A DNA stretch of 64,000 nt from positions 5,558,862-5,622,861 of the forward strand of contig SMSO01000025.1 in assembly GCA_004764695.1 (NCBI GenBank), in the 5' to 3' direction. The stretch comes from Schizochytrium sp. TIO01. Taxonomy: Eukaryota > Protista > Bigyra: Labyrinthulomycetes. Of this stretch, positions 33,794 to 45,769 are shown in pieces; the stretch's first letter is position 1; every line of letters begins with the position of its first letter. The translations under genes were made by a program, and so were the position numbers. Below the pieces are notes generated by a model that did no database searches, was not told the DNA's origin, and was given only the letters and a program-made list of their open reading frames with translations.

Positions 33794-36700
33794 TGAATTG
33801 CATCGTTTTCTGAGCCATTGCTTTTTCCGCATTCTTATTCTCGCTTAAAGGATGAGTACTCGAGGCTGGAACATTAATGCTGGCTGACTCGTTCTCTCCA
33901 TAGTATATTCTTTGACACCGCCCATGCATATGCGTTGAGATTTCGTTCAACATGGTAGTATATGCAGTCGCTATATTCTCAATCTTCAGTATGATAAATT
34001 AACTTTCAAGCCTTTTTCCCCTTTTCCTTGTGTTTGTCTTGCAGTCCTTTAGCTGGTAGCTCTTATCCTTGGGTAGCAGCGATCACCGCCTTCCTTCACT
34101 TGCCCCAGCTATATCTAGAATATAGAACATACACAAAACTGTCAGGATGCCGAAGCACTTTCGTTTTTCGAAACAGAAAAAACTATAATATCTTTTGAAA
34201 GAACTTCTGTTTCTGTTCGTTTCTTTCTCTTTGTCTTTTCTAACAATTGATTGTTTCAGAGCAAGCGGGCGAAGAAAGAGAGGGGGGTACCGCAGATGAC
34301 AAGGGGAATAAGGCCATATGAGCGAGTAATTTCGATAGCGAAATGAACTCTATGACCATCTGCTTTGACCGACCCCGTATGCGTCAAATGTATACTTGCT
34401 TACTGTAACTAGCTTGGCTTCTCCCTTTTTTTCCTTCTTTTTCCTCTTTTTCTCTTTTCCCGTATTTATTTGCAGTCAAAAGCTTTTTTCTTTCTTCTTT
34501 TTACAATATAATTTTATCTCTATGAATTTAATTCCTTATTTTTATTTTTATTTTTTAAAGAGATAATTTAAAATATTTAAAAATAAATTGAATATTAATA
34601 AACATTACCTTTAATTAAAATATATATAGAATATAATATATATAGATATATATTATTACTTGTTGCTATTGTTGCTGTTGATGTTATCATACTTTTTATT
34701 TACATAAAATGAAGAGGACCAAAATCTACATCAAAACGCGTATGGAGGGTTTGACGTTTAGGCAGAACTCTTTTGTGTCATTCGGACAAACTCCATAACA
34801 GCGATGCACCCGCTTCAGTAAACCTTGAACGGCAGACGCTCTGGCAGCGCCATCATCGTTATCCTTTATTACTCTGTCGGCGCGTGCTTCCCGTACGCAA
34901 AGCACCGTAGTTTCACCTACTTTCTTGCGAGCACTCACTAACTAACTTGTGCAAACGAACCACAACGAGTCAGATCGCCTCCCCGCAAAGCGAGCTCTCT
35001 CGAGAAGGCCTCGAAGAAACCTGCGCGACCTCCGCCACGGCAGCACGCAGCACGCAGCTCTTCGTTTCACGAGTTCTAACTCAGGCGCACCAGCGCCACA
35101 TTGATCGAGGCAAACCCGTGGTCTCAGTCCAACCCATCGTTTCACAACAGACGCGACGCGGGTTCTATGGCGATTCACCTAGCTACAAAGTCGTCAAGCC
35201 CACGCCCAAGAAGCCTCTCGCCTCCAGCCGTCGCCCTCTGCCCACGAATCGCACGAATCGTGTCCTCGAGGCCAAGGGTCCGGAAAGCGTGCGCGACGAG
35301 CAGAAACTCATTGCGAGCAGATGGGTTTTGAGATTTTGCCATAACTCATTACCGTGGCAGAGGGAGGCTTCAGCAGGCGCTGCGTGGGTCCTTAGCGATT
35401 CCTCTATGTAGGCGGTAGGATCTCTCTTCGAAGTACCAATGTCGCAGCGCGTGCCGTCTCGAGGCCAACGGAATAGCGGCCAGCTAGCGTAAACTGTAAG
35501 GACCGGCGGCGGCCTCGCACAAGTTCCAGGATTGCAGAATCAGCGCGTACATACATACATACGCAGACTCTTCAGGAACGAGACCGGAGAGGAAAGCAAT
35601 GATGACCAAGGCCGCTCAGGCTGAAGCAAAGCGCTCCGGAGGACGCGGAGGGCAGCGACGGAGAGCTCACAACGCCTGGGTGCTTCATTTGCAGTATTTG
35701 CCCGTGTCCGTTTATTGCGTTTGCACTGCATTACACGAATAAAATTGCATTGCATTGCATTGCATAGCTGCCTGATCAATACGGAAAGCAATGCACGAGA
35801 CGACCCAATCACAGCTCACAAGACAACGACCGCTAGGTACTCACTCTGCCATCGTGGTGAACAACAAGACCGTGGACCTGCACGTGCACCTTCGAGTCTC
35901 TGCGATTGGGCACTTGAAGGCGTGAAGCCAGGCATGAGCAATGACTGATGGATGCTCGACTCCGATGGCAACGAATTGGATTGAGTGCTGCGGACTCTGA
36001 GATGAGCTGCATCTCAGAGGCGACCAAGTGCTCGTCTCCAGCGCAGGATTGCAGAGATCTGACTGAGGCTTAAAGTCAGGTCTTTGCCCAAGCTGCGAAA
36101 GTATTGAGCGAATCGAGAGTGACGCAGAGGCGCAGTTCTTCAGGAGTGCCAAAATGGACTCGTGAACGAAGCAATATCACCTACCTCCACTGCGTAAGGC
36201 CGGTCTTCAACGTTGGCTTGGCGCTTTGGCTTTGCACGGTGGTGGGCGAGAGGGTGGGTGAGACGCATCGGAAGCAGCGTCGAGGACGAGAGCGGGTGCT
36301 CGTGGTGAGTGGTGTCGTCGGCTGTGATCACTGGCAGAAGCAAAGTAGCAGGCATTCATCTCAGCTTTACACCACGCCATGCATGCCTAGCAATACCTAT
36401 CCGCCACTAGTACTACTCAAAAGAACATGCAGTGCTTAGTTTATTGACTTCCTGTGTTTCTTTTCTTTGCTGTGTTTCTTCTCTTTGATGAAGAGTTTGT
36501 TTTTAATTTGAGGACGGAGGAAGAAGAAATAAAAATAAAAATAAAAATAAAAATAAGAATAAAAGGGTATACACTATTGGGCACCTACTAGCAGGTAGTT
36601 GGCAATGGTGAGTGGGTACCTAATCTGCATCCTTAGAAAACCAACGAAACAAAATCGTGAACTCGCCTCCTGCAAATTGTGCAAGAGGCGGAGGCGGAGG

Positions 36701-36840
36701 GGGCCTCGAAGAAGGACGCAGGCAACATAATAAGAGCTAGCTTGCTTGGGCGGGACTAGCTCGGAGGGACTAAGAAATACGGGCTGAGACAGCCTTCTCA
36801 CTGGTTGCTGCGTGCAAAAGCACTTTGGAAGTTTGACAGA

Positions 36841-39201
36841 ATGGCGCCGCGGCGAGACAGCTCATATAGTCAAGACGGGGACAGCCGAGCTCTTGGTGAG
36901 CATGTGAGTGACGATGCAGAAGAGGATCACGATGACTTAGATGAAGGCGAAGTTCTTATGGCGAGTGCGTTGCCAAACTGGAAAGTCTGCGAAGGACATT
37001 ATCGAGATGGAGGTGAGATGGGTGTTCTCAATGTACGGGGAATCAGTCTGCAAGCTTTGATCCGGCTGCATGAAGACATTCTGTGCGGCGACATTGCTCC
37101 TGAGGAAAGGTTGTTCCAGACTACACGTGACATTGGCTACGACGTTCTCGAAGGCACCACCATTAAACTTGATACAATTCGGCGCGACGGGTCGATGCTA
37201 GGCACGACGTTATTCTCAAACATAACAGTACATTTTTACCCGGGTCGAGACGCTCTAGAAAAGAGTCGCGAGCATTGGACAATCGAAGATGTAGCCAATT
37301 ACGCCGTCATGCCCATGAGCCGTCACCTTCCCTATCAGCGACAAATATATCTTAATCTATTAGATCAGACAGATATAGGTGAGCCTTTTCAAGGTTCGTT
37401 TATAATGCATGCGCGTCAAACAAAGTTTAGTGACCTAGTACTAGCCCTTGAGTCACACTCAGCTGACAGCGACCCATCCGAAACTTTCTTTTGGATTGAT
37501 ATTCTTTGTGCCAACCCGGCCTTGTTTTCGATGCCTGCAAAAGAGCGGGAGGAAAGTAGAGACATCTCTCTCTTTCAACAAAAATTTGCCAGGATAGAGA
37601 GTCTTGGAAATCAGGTTCATGAGCTCATCGCAGATTTTAGCGAGGTCCTGATCTTCGTTGACTCGTGGGAGCGACCAACTACGTTACGGCGTACGTGGTG
37701 CGCCTGGGAGCTCCTTGGTTGCCTCAAGTATAAGCGCCCTTCCCGAATTGTGCTTGCACCTCGTCAAGTCTTAAGCTTTCTCGATCAGCTTGTCTTTGAT
37801 GCTGCAAATCTCGTGGAACTTAGCACCCGCCCATTCGACTTGGGCCTATCGCAGGCTCTAAGTAGCGACGAAAAGAAAACCTTTGATGAGCTTATTGAGC
37901 GATCTCTAGGTGGGTATACCCAACTCAATAACTACCTCGCTGCACAGATGTCAAATTGGTTAGTGCAACTCGTGCACCTTAGTGTAAAGTATGCGCAGGA
38001 GACATGCAGTGGCCACGATATTGGCAGTGTCTTTGCTAGCGCCGCGCACATTTTTAAAGCTAAGCATTTCTTTGACGATGCGGTACACTATTACACGCTA
38101 GCTCTGGATTCGTTCAGAGCCTCACGGGGACCAGCTGATCCCTCCACTGCTAGCGTTTTGAATAATCTTGCATCTGCAGTCAAAGCGCAAGGAAAATTTG
38201 ATGAAGCTCTACAAATGTATGAGGAGGCGCTAGATATATTCAAGTCATCTTTTGGCGAGACCAGTCCCAAGACTGCTCTCGCACTCAACAATATCGCCAG
38301 CATTTATGACATGAGAGGTCAATACGAAAAGGCCCTTCATTATTATAAAATTGTGCTTTCAATTTTCAAAGAGGGCCTTGGTTCGGAGCACATGTCTACG
38401 GCAATTACCCACAACAAAATCGCAGATATTTATAAGATCCAAGGGGACCTTGACCAGGCTCTGTTTCATTATGAAAAGGTCTTGGAGACTACTCGAATAA
38501 CGCTCGGCACCCAGCACCCGTATGTTGCAAGCGCTCTTACCAGTATCACCGAAGTATATAGAGTTCAAGGTCGATATGATGACGCGCTTGAGGTTTACGA
38601 AAAGCTTCTTCCAGTCTTACGCGCTTCTTGTGGGACGCGCCACCCGTATGTTGCAGCGACTCTTCATAACATAGCTCTGCTTCACAAAACTCAGGGCCGC
38701 CTTGATGACGCCCTAACTCTTTATGAAGAAGCCCTGTCGATTCGCATAGAAACGCTTGGTAATCACCATCCTGATGTCGCAACTACCTTAAGCAATATCG
38801 GCGGCGTCTATAATTCTCTGCAACAGTATAAAGTTGCGCTAGGCTACTTTGAGCAGGCTTTGATTATGCGGAAGAAGATTTTTGGTCCGAAACACTCTGC
38901 TGTAGCTTTCAGCCTCCTCAACATCGCAAGTGTACATACATCTCGAGGGAATTATGAAGTTGCCTTGCGTTACTATGAGGAGGGTTTGGCAGTGATGTCT
39001 TCTGCACTGGGTAAGGATCACCCCCAGGTAGCTAATGCGCTGACTAGCATCGCATCGGTTTACTTTGCCCAACGCAAGTGGCTCCAGGCCCTTCACTACT
39101 TCGAAGATGCCGAGCGTCTTCGTCGCGAGAGCTTGGGCTCACAACACGAATCCACCAAATCTGCAAGAATCTGGGTTCAACACTGCCGCAGTTTTCTGTA
39201 A
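36841..39201 (+). CDS. HET/TIR-like domain + nine 42-aa TPR repeats (kinesin-light-chain/NPHP3-type TPR)
   Basis: N-terminal motifs FIMHARQTKFSDLV, FFWIDILCAN and RRTWCAWEL. The C-terminal half has nine 42-aa repeats such as ASVLNNLASAVKAQGKFDEALQMYEEALDIFKSSFGETSPKT. First ATG is at 36841. Confidence 0.85.
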   Translation: MAPRRDSSYSQDGDSRALGEHVSDDAEEDHDDLDEGEVLMASALPNWKVCEGHYRDGGEMGVLNVRGISLQALIRLHEDILCGDIAPEERLFQTTRDIGYDVLEGTTIKLDTIRRDGSMLGTTLFSNITVHFYPGRDALEKSREHWTIEDVANYAVMPMSRHLPYQRQIYLNLLDQTDIGEPFQGSFIMHARQTKFSDLVLALESHSADSDPSETFFWIDILCANPALFSMPAKEREESRDISLFQQKFARIESLGNQVHELIADFSEVLIFVDSWERPTTLRRTWCAWELLGCLKYKRPSRIVLAPRQVLSFLDQLVFDAANLVELSTRPFDLGLSQALSSDEKKTFDELIERSLGGYTQLNNYLAAQMSNWLVQLVHLSVKYAQETCSGHDIGSVFASAAHIFKAKHFFDDAVHYYTLALDSFRASRGPADPSTASVLNNLASAVKAQGKFDEALQMYEEALDIFKSSFGETSPKTALALNNIASIYDMRGQYEKALHYYKIVLSIFKEGLGSEHMSTAITHNKIADIYKIQGDLDQALFHYEKVLETTRITLGTQHPYVASALTSITEVYRVQGRYDDALEVYEKLLPVLRASCGTRHPYVAATLHNIALLHKTQGRLDDALTLYEEALSIRIETLGNHHPDVATTLSNIGGVYNSLQQYKVALGYFEQALIMRKKIFGPKHSAVAFSLLNIASVHTSRGNYEVALRYYEEGLAVMSSALGKDHPQVANALTSIASVYFAQRKWLQALHYFEDAERLRRESLGSQHESTKSARIWVQHCRSFL

Positions 39202-39722
39202 ATAACACTCTTGTAAAATACACAAAAGCAATTACTTTGTTTGTTAATAACATAACAATCTAATCACCATGCCTCCCCAGGCAGACACAAGCTCATGACT
39301 AATCGTTTTACTTATTCCTGACTATTATGATAATCTTTGTGGAGCAGTGATGACCATCGCCCTGGCTGGTCACGCTTGATCTACCATCATCTCTCACTAT
39401 GCAAATTTAATTACCTCTTGTTACACCGTCCTCACAATGAAAGATTCATTGCATCACATGGCATCGGCAGGCCTCAGATGGGATTTCTAATTCAAAGAAG
39501 AGAGCAACCCGAATTCCCAGGTAGAGACTGATTTATTATGTCCCCGTCCCCCTTAATCTTCCTTTTAATTACCCTATATTTGTGGCGATGCGACCGTGAA
39601 CCTGTGCAGTTGATAGCCCTTTAAATAGGGCTGCGGCGGAGTGGCCGCGGCAGAGGCAGCGTAAGCTGCGCATTGCTAGAAGAGCGCAAAGGTCGCGCTT
39701 TTGAGGTTCAAAGTCTGGAAGA

Positions 39723-40097
39723 ATGCTCGCCAGAGTTGCGTGCGCTGCTCGCAGCAGTGCTGGGCGCCCCGCTGTGGCTCGCCCAGTTTCTGCACCCCGG
39801 GCGATGACCCCTGTGGCGGCCCAGGATGGCGGCATGGCTGAGCTCATGTCTCTCCTGCCGTCGTGGAGCGTGGTGTCTTCGCGCTCGATGGGACACTACA
39901 GGCCCCCCAAGACCCACTCTGGCGCCAAGAAGCGCTTGATTCGCAAGTCCGACGGCTCATACAAATTCCTCGGCGCTGGTCGCAGGCACAAGATGAACAA
40001 AAACTCCCGCGCACTTAACAGAGACAAGGGCAAGCCCATCGTTATGGACCACACCAAGCCCGACTGGACCCACGCACGCAGATTGCTCAAAGACTGA
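39723..40097 (+). CDS. MRPL35: Organellar (mitochondrial) ribosomal protein bL35 with N-terminal targeting peptide
   Basis: PKTHSGAKKRLIRKSDGSYKFLGAGRRHKMNKNS fits the L35 pattern (KT..GAKKR...G......RH). The presequence is Arg/Ala/Ser-rich. Confidence 0.85.
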   Translation: MLARVACAARSSAGRPAVARPVSAPRAMTPVAAQDGGMAELMSLLPSWSVVSSRSMGHYRPPKTHSGAKKRLIRKSDGSYKFLGAGRRHKMNKNSRALNRDKGKPIVMDHTKPDWTHARRLLKD

Positions 40098-40145
40098 AAC
40101 CATTAGCGATATTACATACCTTACCTTACCTCGCTTCACTTGCTT

Positions 40146-40316
40146 TGATTTGCTCATTTGATCTCCTTTGATTTGCTCGTTCGATCTCATTTGGTCCCGT
40201 GTGTGGTGACATCTGATCTCCTTTGATCCCACGTGATCTCTTTTTTGTCACATTCGATCGATCTAGTCTAATTTGATCTCATTCAATTTGCTTTTATTTG
40301 ATCCAATTTTGGTCCA
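40146..40316. repeat. Degenerate ~10-bp repeat (ATTTGATCTC-like) downstream of bL35
   Basis: Recurring ATTTGATCTC/CTTTGATTTG/ATCTGATCTC/ATTTGATCCA units. Confidence 0.6.
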
Positions 40317-41103
40317 CCTCGTTTTGGGTGACTCAGATTGTATGCGCTGTTTGCGAGGAGACCCAATTTGCTTAGCATGGGTAGCTTGGGTAGCTTGGGT
40401 AGCTTGTGGAGGTGATGTTAGGTACAAGGTCTCTTATAGACATAATACAACATACAATTTAGACAGCATGAAGAGGTTTATAGTATTCACAGTAAAGAGT
40501 GCCCGGCTGAAGATTATAGCATAGCACAATACACTCTGCATCTTGTAGAGAACACGGTCACTGTGTTCATGTTTTATTTGGTAGTAGTAATTTCACTTGT
40601 TTAGAAGAAAGGACTTCGTACACTAACTTTCTATATTTTACCATGGTCTCTACATGTCTTGCGGGCTTTGGCACATCAGTTTACCGATACACCTGCAGAT
40701 ACTTGCCTAGCTTCTTGCCTAAAACCACCGATGTATAGATATTTGACTTGCCAAACTATGACTTCATTATCTCAAATGTCCCTTTTCTTTTATGTATACT
40801 CTGTTCCCCTATGCGTTTAAAATCCTCCTCCCTGGAGGCGGGATTTTAAGTTTTCATTGCAAAGTGTTTATCCTCGATGATCAATATTCTTTAACTCAAA
40901 CTCTTGTCCAATATTTCAAATTACAGACTGCTGTGCATTGATACGTCCTAATGAATTCTCATTTTTAGAATGATTGTTTTCGCTTTCAGGATAGGAAGAT
41001 TACAAGAGACATATCTGTCACTATTGAGATAAGCACAGTTAATCTCACAATGTTTTGTTTTATTTTTAGTAATTATAATATACATTTACTGTTGCAAGCC
41101 TTT

Positions 41104-42360
41104 TCAGCTGAGCTGAAGCATCTTTCCATCAAGTGTAGGAATAGATACAGAAGGCATACTCAGAGCGGGGATGATAAACTTGTTAGGCGCAATTGGCTCA
41201 CGCGCAGCAAGGAATCCATCCTTATTCATTTCTAAATGTGCGGATTTGTTTGTTGAGGCAGCTGCTTTCGCCGAAGCCATCTTGACAACTTCGTCCGTCT
41301 CGGTTCCGAGTTCGAGCTCCTCGATATCATGGGAGGCTTCGTCGACCTCATCATCCTTTGACTCCTCAACAGTCTGATCTGATGTGTCGATAATAGACGA
41401 AAGGGACTCACTGCGGTTTAAACCTGCCTTCTTGGATGACTTCACTGCAGTACCAGAGCGTTTCACTATAGGATGCTGCTCTAAAAACCATTTTGGCAGA
41501 TCACCCTCATTAGCTGTAACGAAAGGACCAATAACATCAAGTTTAGATACAAACGAATTGATCGCATTTTCAACTTGGTCATTCCATGCCTGAGCACTTC
41601 GCTTACCGAACTCAATCATGAATGGGCGCCAGTAAATAGGCTCCATGGAGTGCTCGCAATGGCCAAACGGGAGACCAATACCCACGTGCTGCACAGAATG
41701 ACCCAGCTCTCCATATGAGAAATGAAAGTCCTTGATCAAGTCAGCAAGGCTCTCGAATTGGAGTTTGCGATGCATCAAGGTCTCCTTGCGGCTCAGACCG
41801 ATCGCACCCCAGCGGCCCTTATGACCTACCGCAAGCACAATATGCTTAAATACAAAGCGGCCATTTTGTTCCACAGATGATTGGAAGCGCAATGGAATCC
41901 GCACAATATCAGTCATCCCCAACGTGAGATAAAAGCCTAGGAAGACGGCCTCGATGCACTTGATTGGTAGACTTTCACGAATAATTTCACGAGCTGTGCC
42001 AGCAAGGCGCTTGGCGCCTCGATCCTTTCGAATCTTGAAGTAATTCTTTCCTGTGTGATTGTACTCGAGACACCCAATATACTTTTGAATGCGGTCCAAG
42101 CGCCAGCTTGCACTAGCTGCAGGTGCAAAGTTTGTGGGGGCGCGAGGGCGGGGCACGTCGGGAAGCAAGTCTGGGTCAAGGTCTTCAAGAGCCTTGAGCG
42201 CACGTTCGAGGTCCTCGTTGAGAGTCGATGCTGGAATACTATGCTGCTGCTGCTTCTGCGACTTCAAATTATCTCGTGCCTTTTCACCGGACATGTCCCA
42301 GGATTCATCACGGAATCCTTGAGATTGGTCATCGTTGGGTAACATCGTAGCAGGCTCCAT
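41104..42360 (-). CDS. VASH: Vasohibin (tubulinyl-Tyr carboxypeptidase, transglutaminase-like cysteine protease)
   Basis: IQKYIGCLEYNHTG, AREIIRESLPIKCIEAV (catalytic Cys), FKHIVLAV (catalytic His), WGAIGLSR (Ser). First ATG is at 42360. The frame is open to 42417 and an upstream exon is possible. Confidence 0.92.
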   Translation of the reverse strand: MEPATMLPNDDQSQGFRDESWDMSGEKARDNLKSQKQQQHSIPASTLNEDLERALKALEDLDPDLLPDVPRPRAPTNFAPAASASWRLDRIQKYIGCLEYNHTGKNYFKIRKDRGAKRLAGTAREIIRESLPIKCIEAVFLGFYLTLGMTDIVRIPLRFQSSVEQNGRFVFKHIVLAVGHKGRWGAIGLSRKETLMHRKLQFESLADLIKDFHFSYGELGHSVQHVGIGLPFGHCEHSMEPIYWRPFMIEFGKRSAQAWNDQVENAINSFVSKLDVIGPFVTANEGDLPKWFLEQHPIVKRSGTAVKSSKKAGLNRSESLSSIIDTSDQTVEESKDDEVDEASHDIEELELGTETDEVVKMASAKAAASTNKSAHLEMNKDGFLAAREPIAPNKFIIPALSMPSVSIPTLDGKMLQLS

Positions 42361-45300
42361 TTTCGTGACTTCTTGATGAATTGTCTCGGTACCAGCCCTC
42401 CTTCGTTTTGTAACCAAGCTTGGAAATTAGCTAGCTCAACGACGCGTCTGCGCTGGCGCTCCTCTGTTTTCGCGTAAGGTTGCCTGTCAGTAAGGAGTAT
42501 GACCGAAATACCCTTTACAGATGCCTGCCTACCTATCAGCTTGTGTATTTGTTCTTTTGATGAAAGGTTTGATGTGCAAAAATTGCAATCTAGACTTGAC
42601 AAACGCACTGACTGGTAGTTTAGAAAGTGACCAATGTTTGATGCCTCTCAGGCCCGAGAGCTCAGTTCAACTAGTGTCGAAGCTTGATGTCTAATTTCAG
42701 GTTTGCTGTAAACGATGCGCCTTGTTTATGCAGTCTCCTATATTTAACACCCCTTTATGCTGGCGCGTGCCCAACAAAAGCTATTGAAGCAAACTCCTTT
42801 CTTTCTCTACAGGTCAATAACCATTGAAAATATTTTCTTCATGTTAAGCTGATAGAATATTTGCTAACGTAGAAAGAATGCCCACCCTCAGATTTTTATC
42901 TATCCTTTTTCTTTTCTTTTTCTTAAGTTAATGTGTGTGCCGCGCGGACTTTCAACAATAATGCACGAATTAGCTCACAAATCAGAGCGCAACCAAGAAA
43001 ATAGATAGGCCCTCGTGTCGAAAAATCTTTCGACTGTCCAGTCAATCGATACTAATTGACCATCAAGGCCCGAAATTAGAAGATCAATCGCCTTGCATAG
43101 GGACCCCTGATCAACGTTGGCTTGTTTACCCAGTATACCTCCGCGCTGTACCATTTCAATAGTTTGATACACTTCCAAGGCCCTGTCTGTGTACCAATGA
43201 ATTTTACAGTGCCCAACGGATCTCTTTGAAATGATCAAAGATATGGAATGCGGTATAAGAGGCAACAGAAAAGGACCTCCTGAATCTAAGGAATATTGCT
43301 TTCGCATTAAAGCCTAGCGTCGGAGCGAAGCTAGTAGCTCGACCTGGACGACAGGGGGGCACCCTGTATACGAGAAAATCAAACTCTATAAAATCTCACC
43401 AGCGAGTCTAAGTTTTTTGGTTCTACTATTTTTATTTACTTTCTTTTTCTTCTTTAACACTTTTACCGTGGCTAAATAATGATAACAACAATTTAATTTT
43501 AATTAAAATAATAACCAGAATCAAAATCAAAATCATAGTTGTATGAAAACCTCTATGAAAACCTCTCCGAACTCCTTGACAGATGCAGTCTCTCCTAATA
43601 TAGAAGAAACTACAACAGTTTTTAAAGCCCGGCAGCCGGAACGAGATCTCATCACAGCGATGCATTAGTTAGTTGCCTCAGCGAAAGAGCAACAAAATGA
43701 ACAAATATGCAGGATAGCTCAAATTAAATGTACCCACATTTACATACCAAAGCTACGAAGCTTTGAGCCTGTGCTGTGACCATCACAACATACGACTGGT
43801 TTGTAGCCAGTTTCATTTGAAGATTTTGAAGTTGCTGCTCGCATGGCCGCCTTGCTGAGACACCATGTAAACATGTGAGATCGTCATATTGCTGCGCGGA
43901 GAATCCTGACGGCGTATCCTATTCCACTGCCTTCCTTCCATATTCGTTGTCGCTCTGGGGCAGAGAAAAAGTGGTATCCAAATTGGGAAATCCACTCACT
44001 CGCATGCGTTTCCAAGCAATTCATTAAGCTGTGAGTCTCAGGAAAAGTTTTCATCGCGCCTCAAAACAGGTGTGCTGCAGAACTGAAGTAGCGTCCTTTG
44101 CGCCACAATGAATTCATTTCTGTTGTTTGTTTCCCCAAACTTGCGGTAACCAAATCAAAACGAGTGATTCCCGTTTCGTTATTCCCCGAGCTTCTTCTCG
44201 TGTTCCTGTCAAAGGCACCAGTGGAACCTTTCCAACGCTGGTATAACCGCGACCTCGTGCGTGTGAGCTCTTTCTACAACCCCTCATCCGCTCATCATCC
44301 CCCAAACCAGACTCCATCGCATCGCGTATCCACAACCCACAATGCTCTGATCCTCAAAATCTCCGGAGCCTCCATCAAACTAACACCAAACCACACATAC
44401 CCTTTGGTACTTAAATACACATCTTTGTTTCTTTGTTTCTTTGCTCCTTTGCTTTGCATGTATGCTGCATATGCATCCATGCATGCATGCATGCATAAGT
44501 AGAGCAACCTGAACGAACGAGAGACGCCTGCTTCTGCTGCTCCCTACACAACAGCACTGTGGCGGTCCATAAAATAGGTCTACAAAACTTCTCAGCAAGC
44601 ACGGTCTCAAATCGAAGCGGGTTCTATAGATCCTCAGTTCGCCAGGGATTTATTTATCTGCCCAGCCTTAAGCTCGTCGAGGCCCCCACAAGCAAACGCT
44701 TGGCCACGGCTCGTTACAGGTTTAGCTAGAAGGCACCTGCGTTCTCTCCATCGAAATGAGCGCCAGAGCCTCACCGCGTCTACTTACTTGTTTATTGGTG
44801 GTAGCAGTGCTGCTCAAGTTATATCGCAAAAAGGCGAACTTTGTGGGCCTTATTGGCAGGTGCCTACGGCATTCGCTATCTATCAGGCTAGGCAAGGGAG
44901 CGTAAGGGTGTATAAATGCATGCATGAATGAGCACACTCATGAAAATGCGCTCGTTTTGGATGCGAAGACCCGTTTTATAGAATAATAATTGAAGAAACA
45001 CCCCTGGGCCGAGCCGCCGATGCTGTTGATTGGGCACGCACCTTCGGGGAAGTTGCCTGCTCGTCGGTATCGCCATATATCCGCAGCTCTTTGGAGTTCT
45101 TTGCGCTGGACATTTGCTTCATGCCAAGTTTTAGTTTATGTTGAATTTACAATTAGAAGTATAATAATACGCACGATAAAATAATAATAAGGAAATGCAA
45201 ATCTTCACCTCAAAAGGAGAGCTTACGACTTGGGCCACGGAAAATACAGGCAAAACGAACCTGCCGCGTCAACAAGAGAACCCTCAAGGGACCTGCCTTG

Positions 45301-45769
45301 TGCCTCGCAGGATCACGCCATGATTTTGAGGTCGTCGTAGAATCGCGTATGCGGCAATTAGCACTTTGGCGGCCTCAAATAGAAAGTCCCGAAAGGATGT
45401 TCTTTGGTTGAGCTAGGAACGTTCTTTAGAGTGAAGATTCGGATACGAGATTAGGATACGCGATCATGCAAGTGAATCTCTGACTCGAGCCCAGTGCTCG
45501 ACGCAGCAAACCGCCTCGGCTGCCGCTCGCTCTCGCACGCAGACGAGCGTCGCGAACAGCGAGCGCGCCTCTACACCTTTAGTTCGCTTGGACACTCGCT
45601 GCATTTTTCCTTTGTCGGCCCACTGAGACTGTGCGTCGGTTCTGACCGAGGTCGGTATCCTGGTCTCGAAGGCAATTTTGACACAAACTGCGTTAAATCA
45701 GGATCCAGAGACGAAAGCTGAGCTTGACTTTAGGTCTCCCTGCTGACAGCGAAAGAAACGGCGTGCAAG

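Noticed and set aside
34726-36439. GC-rich ORFs between the kinase and TPR genes
   Set aside because: Mostly non-ATG starts with no domain signal; openness is explained by GC content.
36841-39201. True kinesin light chain or complete NLR
   Set aside because: There is no N-terminal heptad region as in KLC, and no P-loop NACHT/NB-ARC domain is visible.
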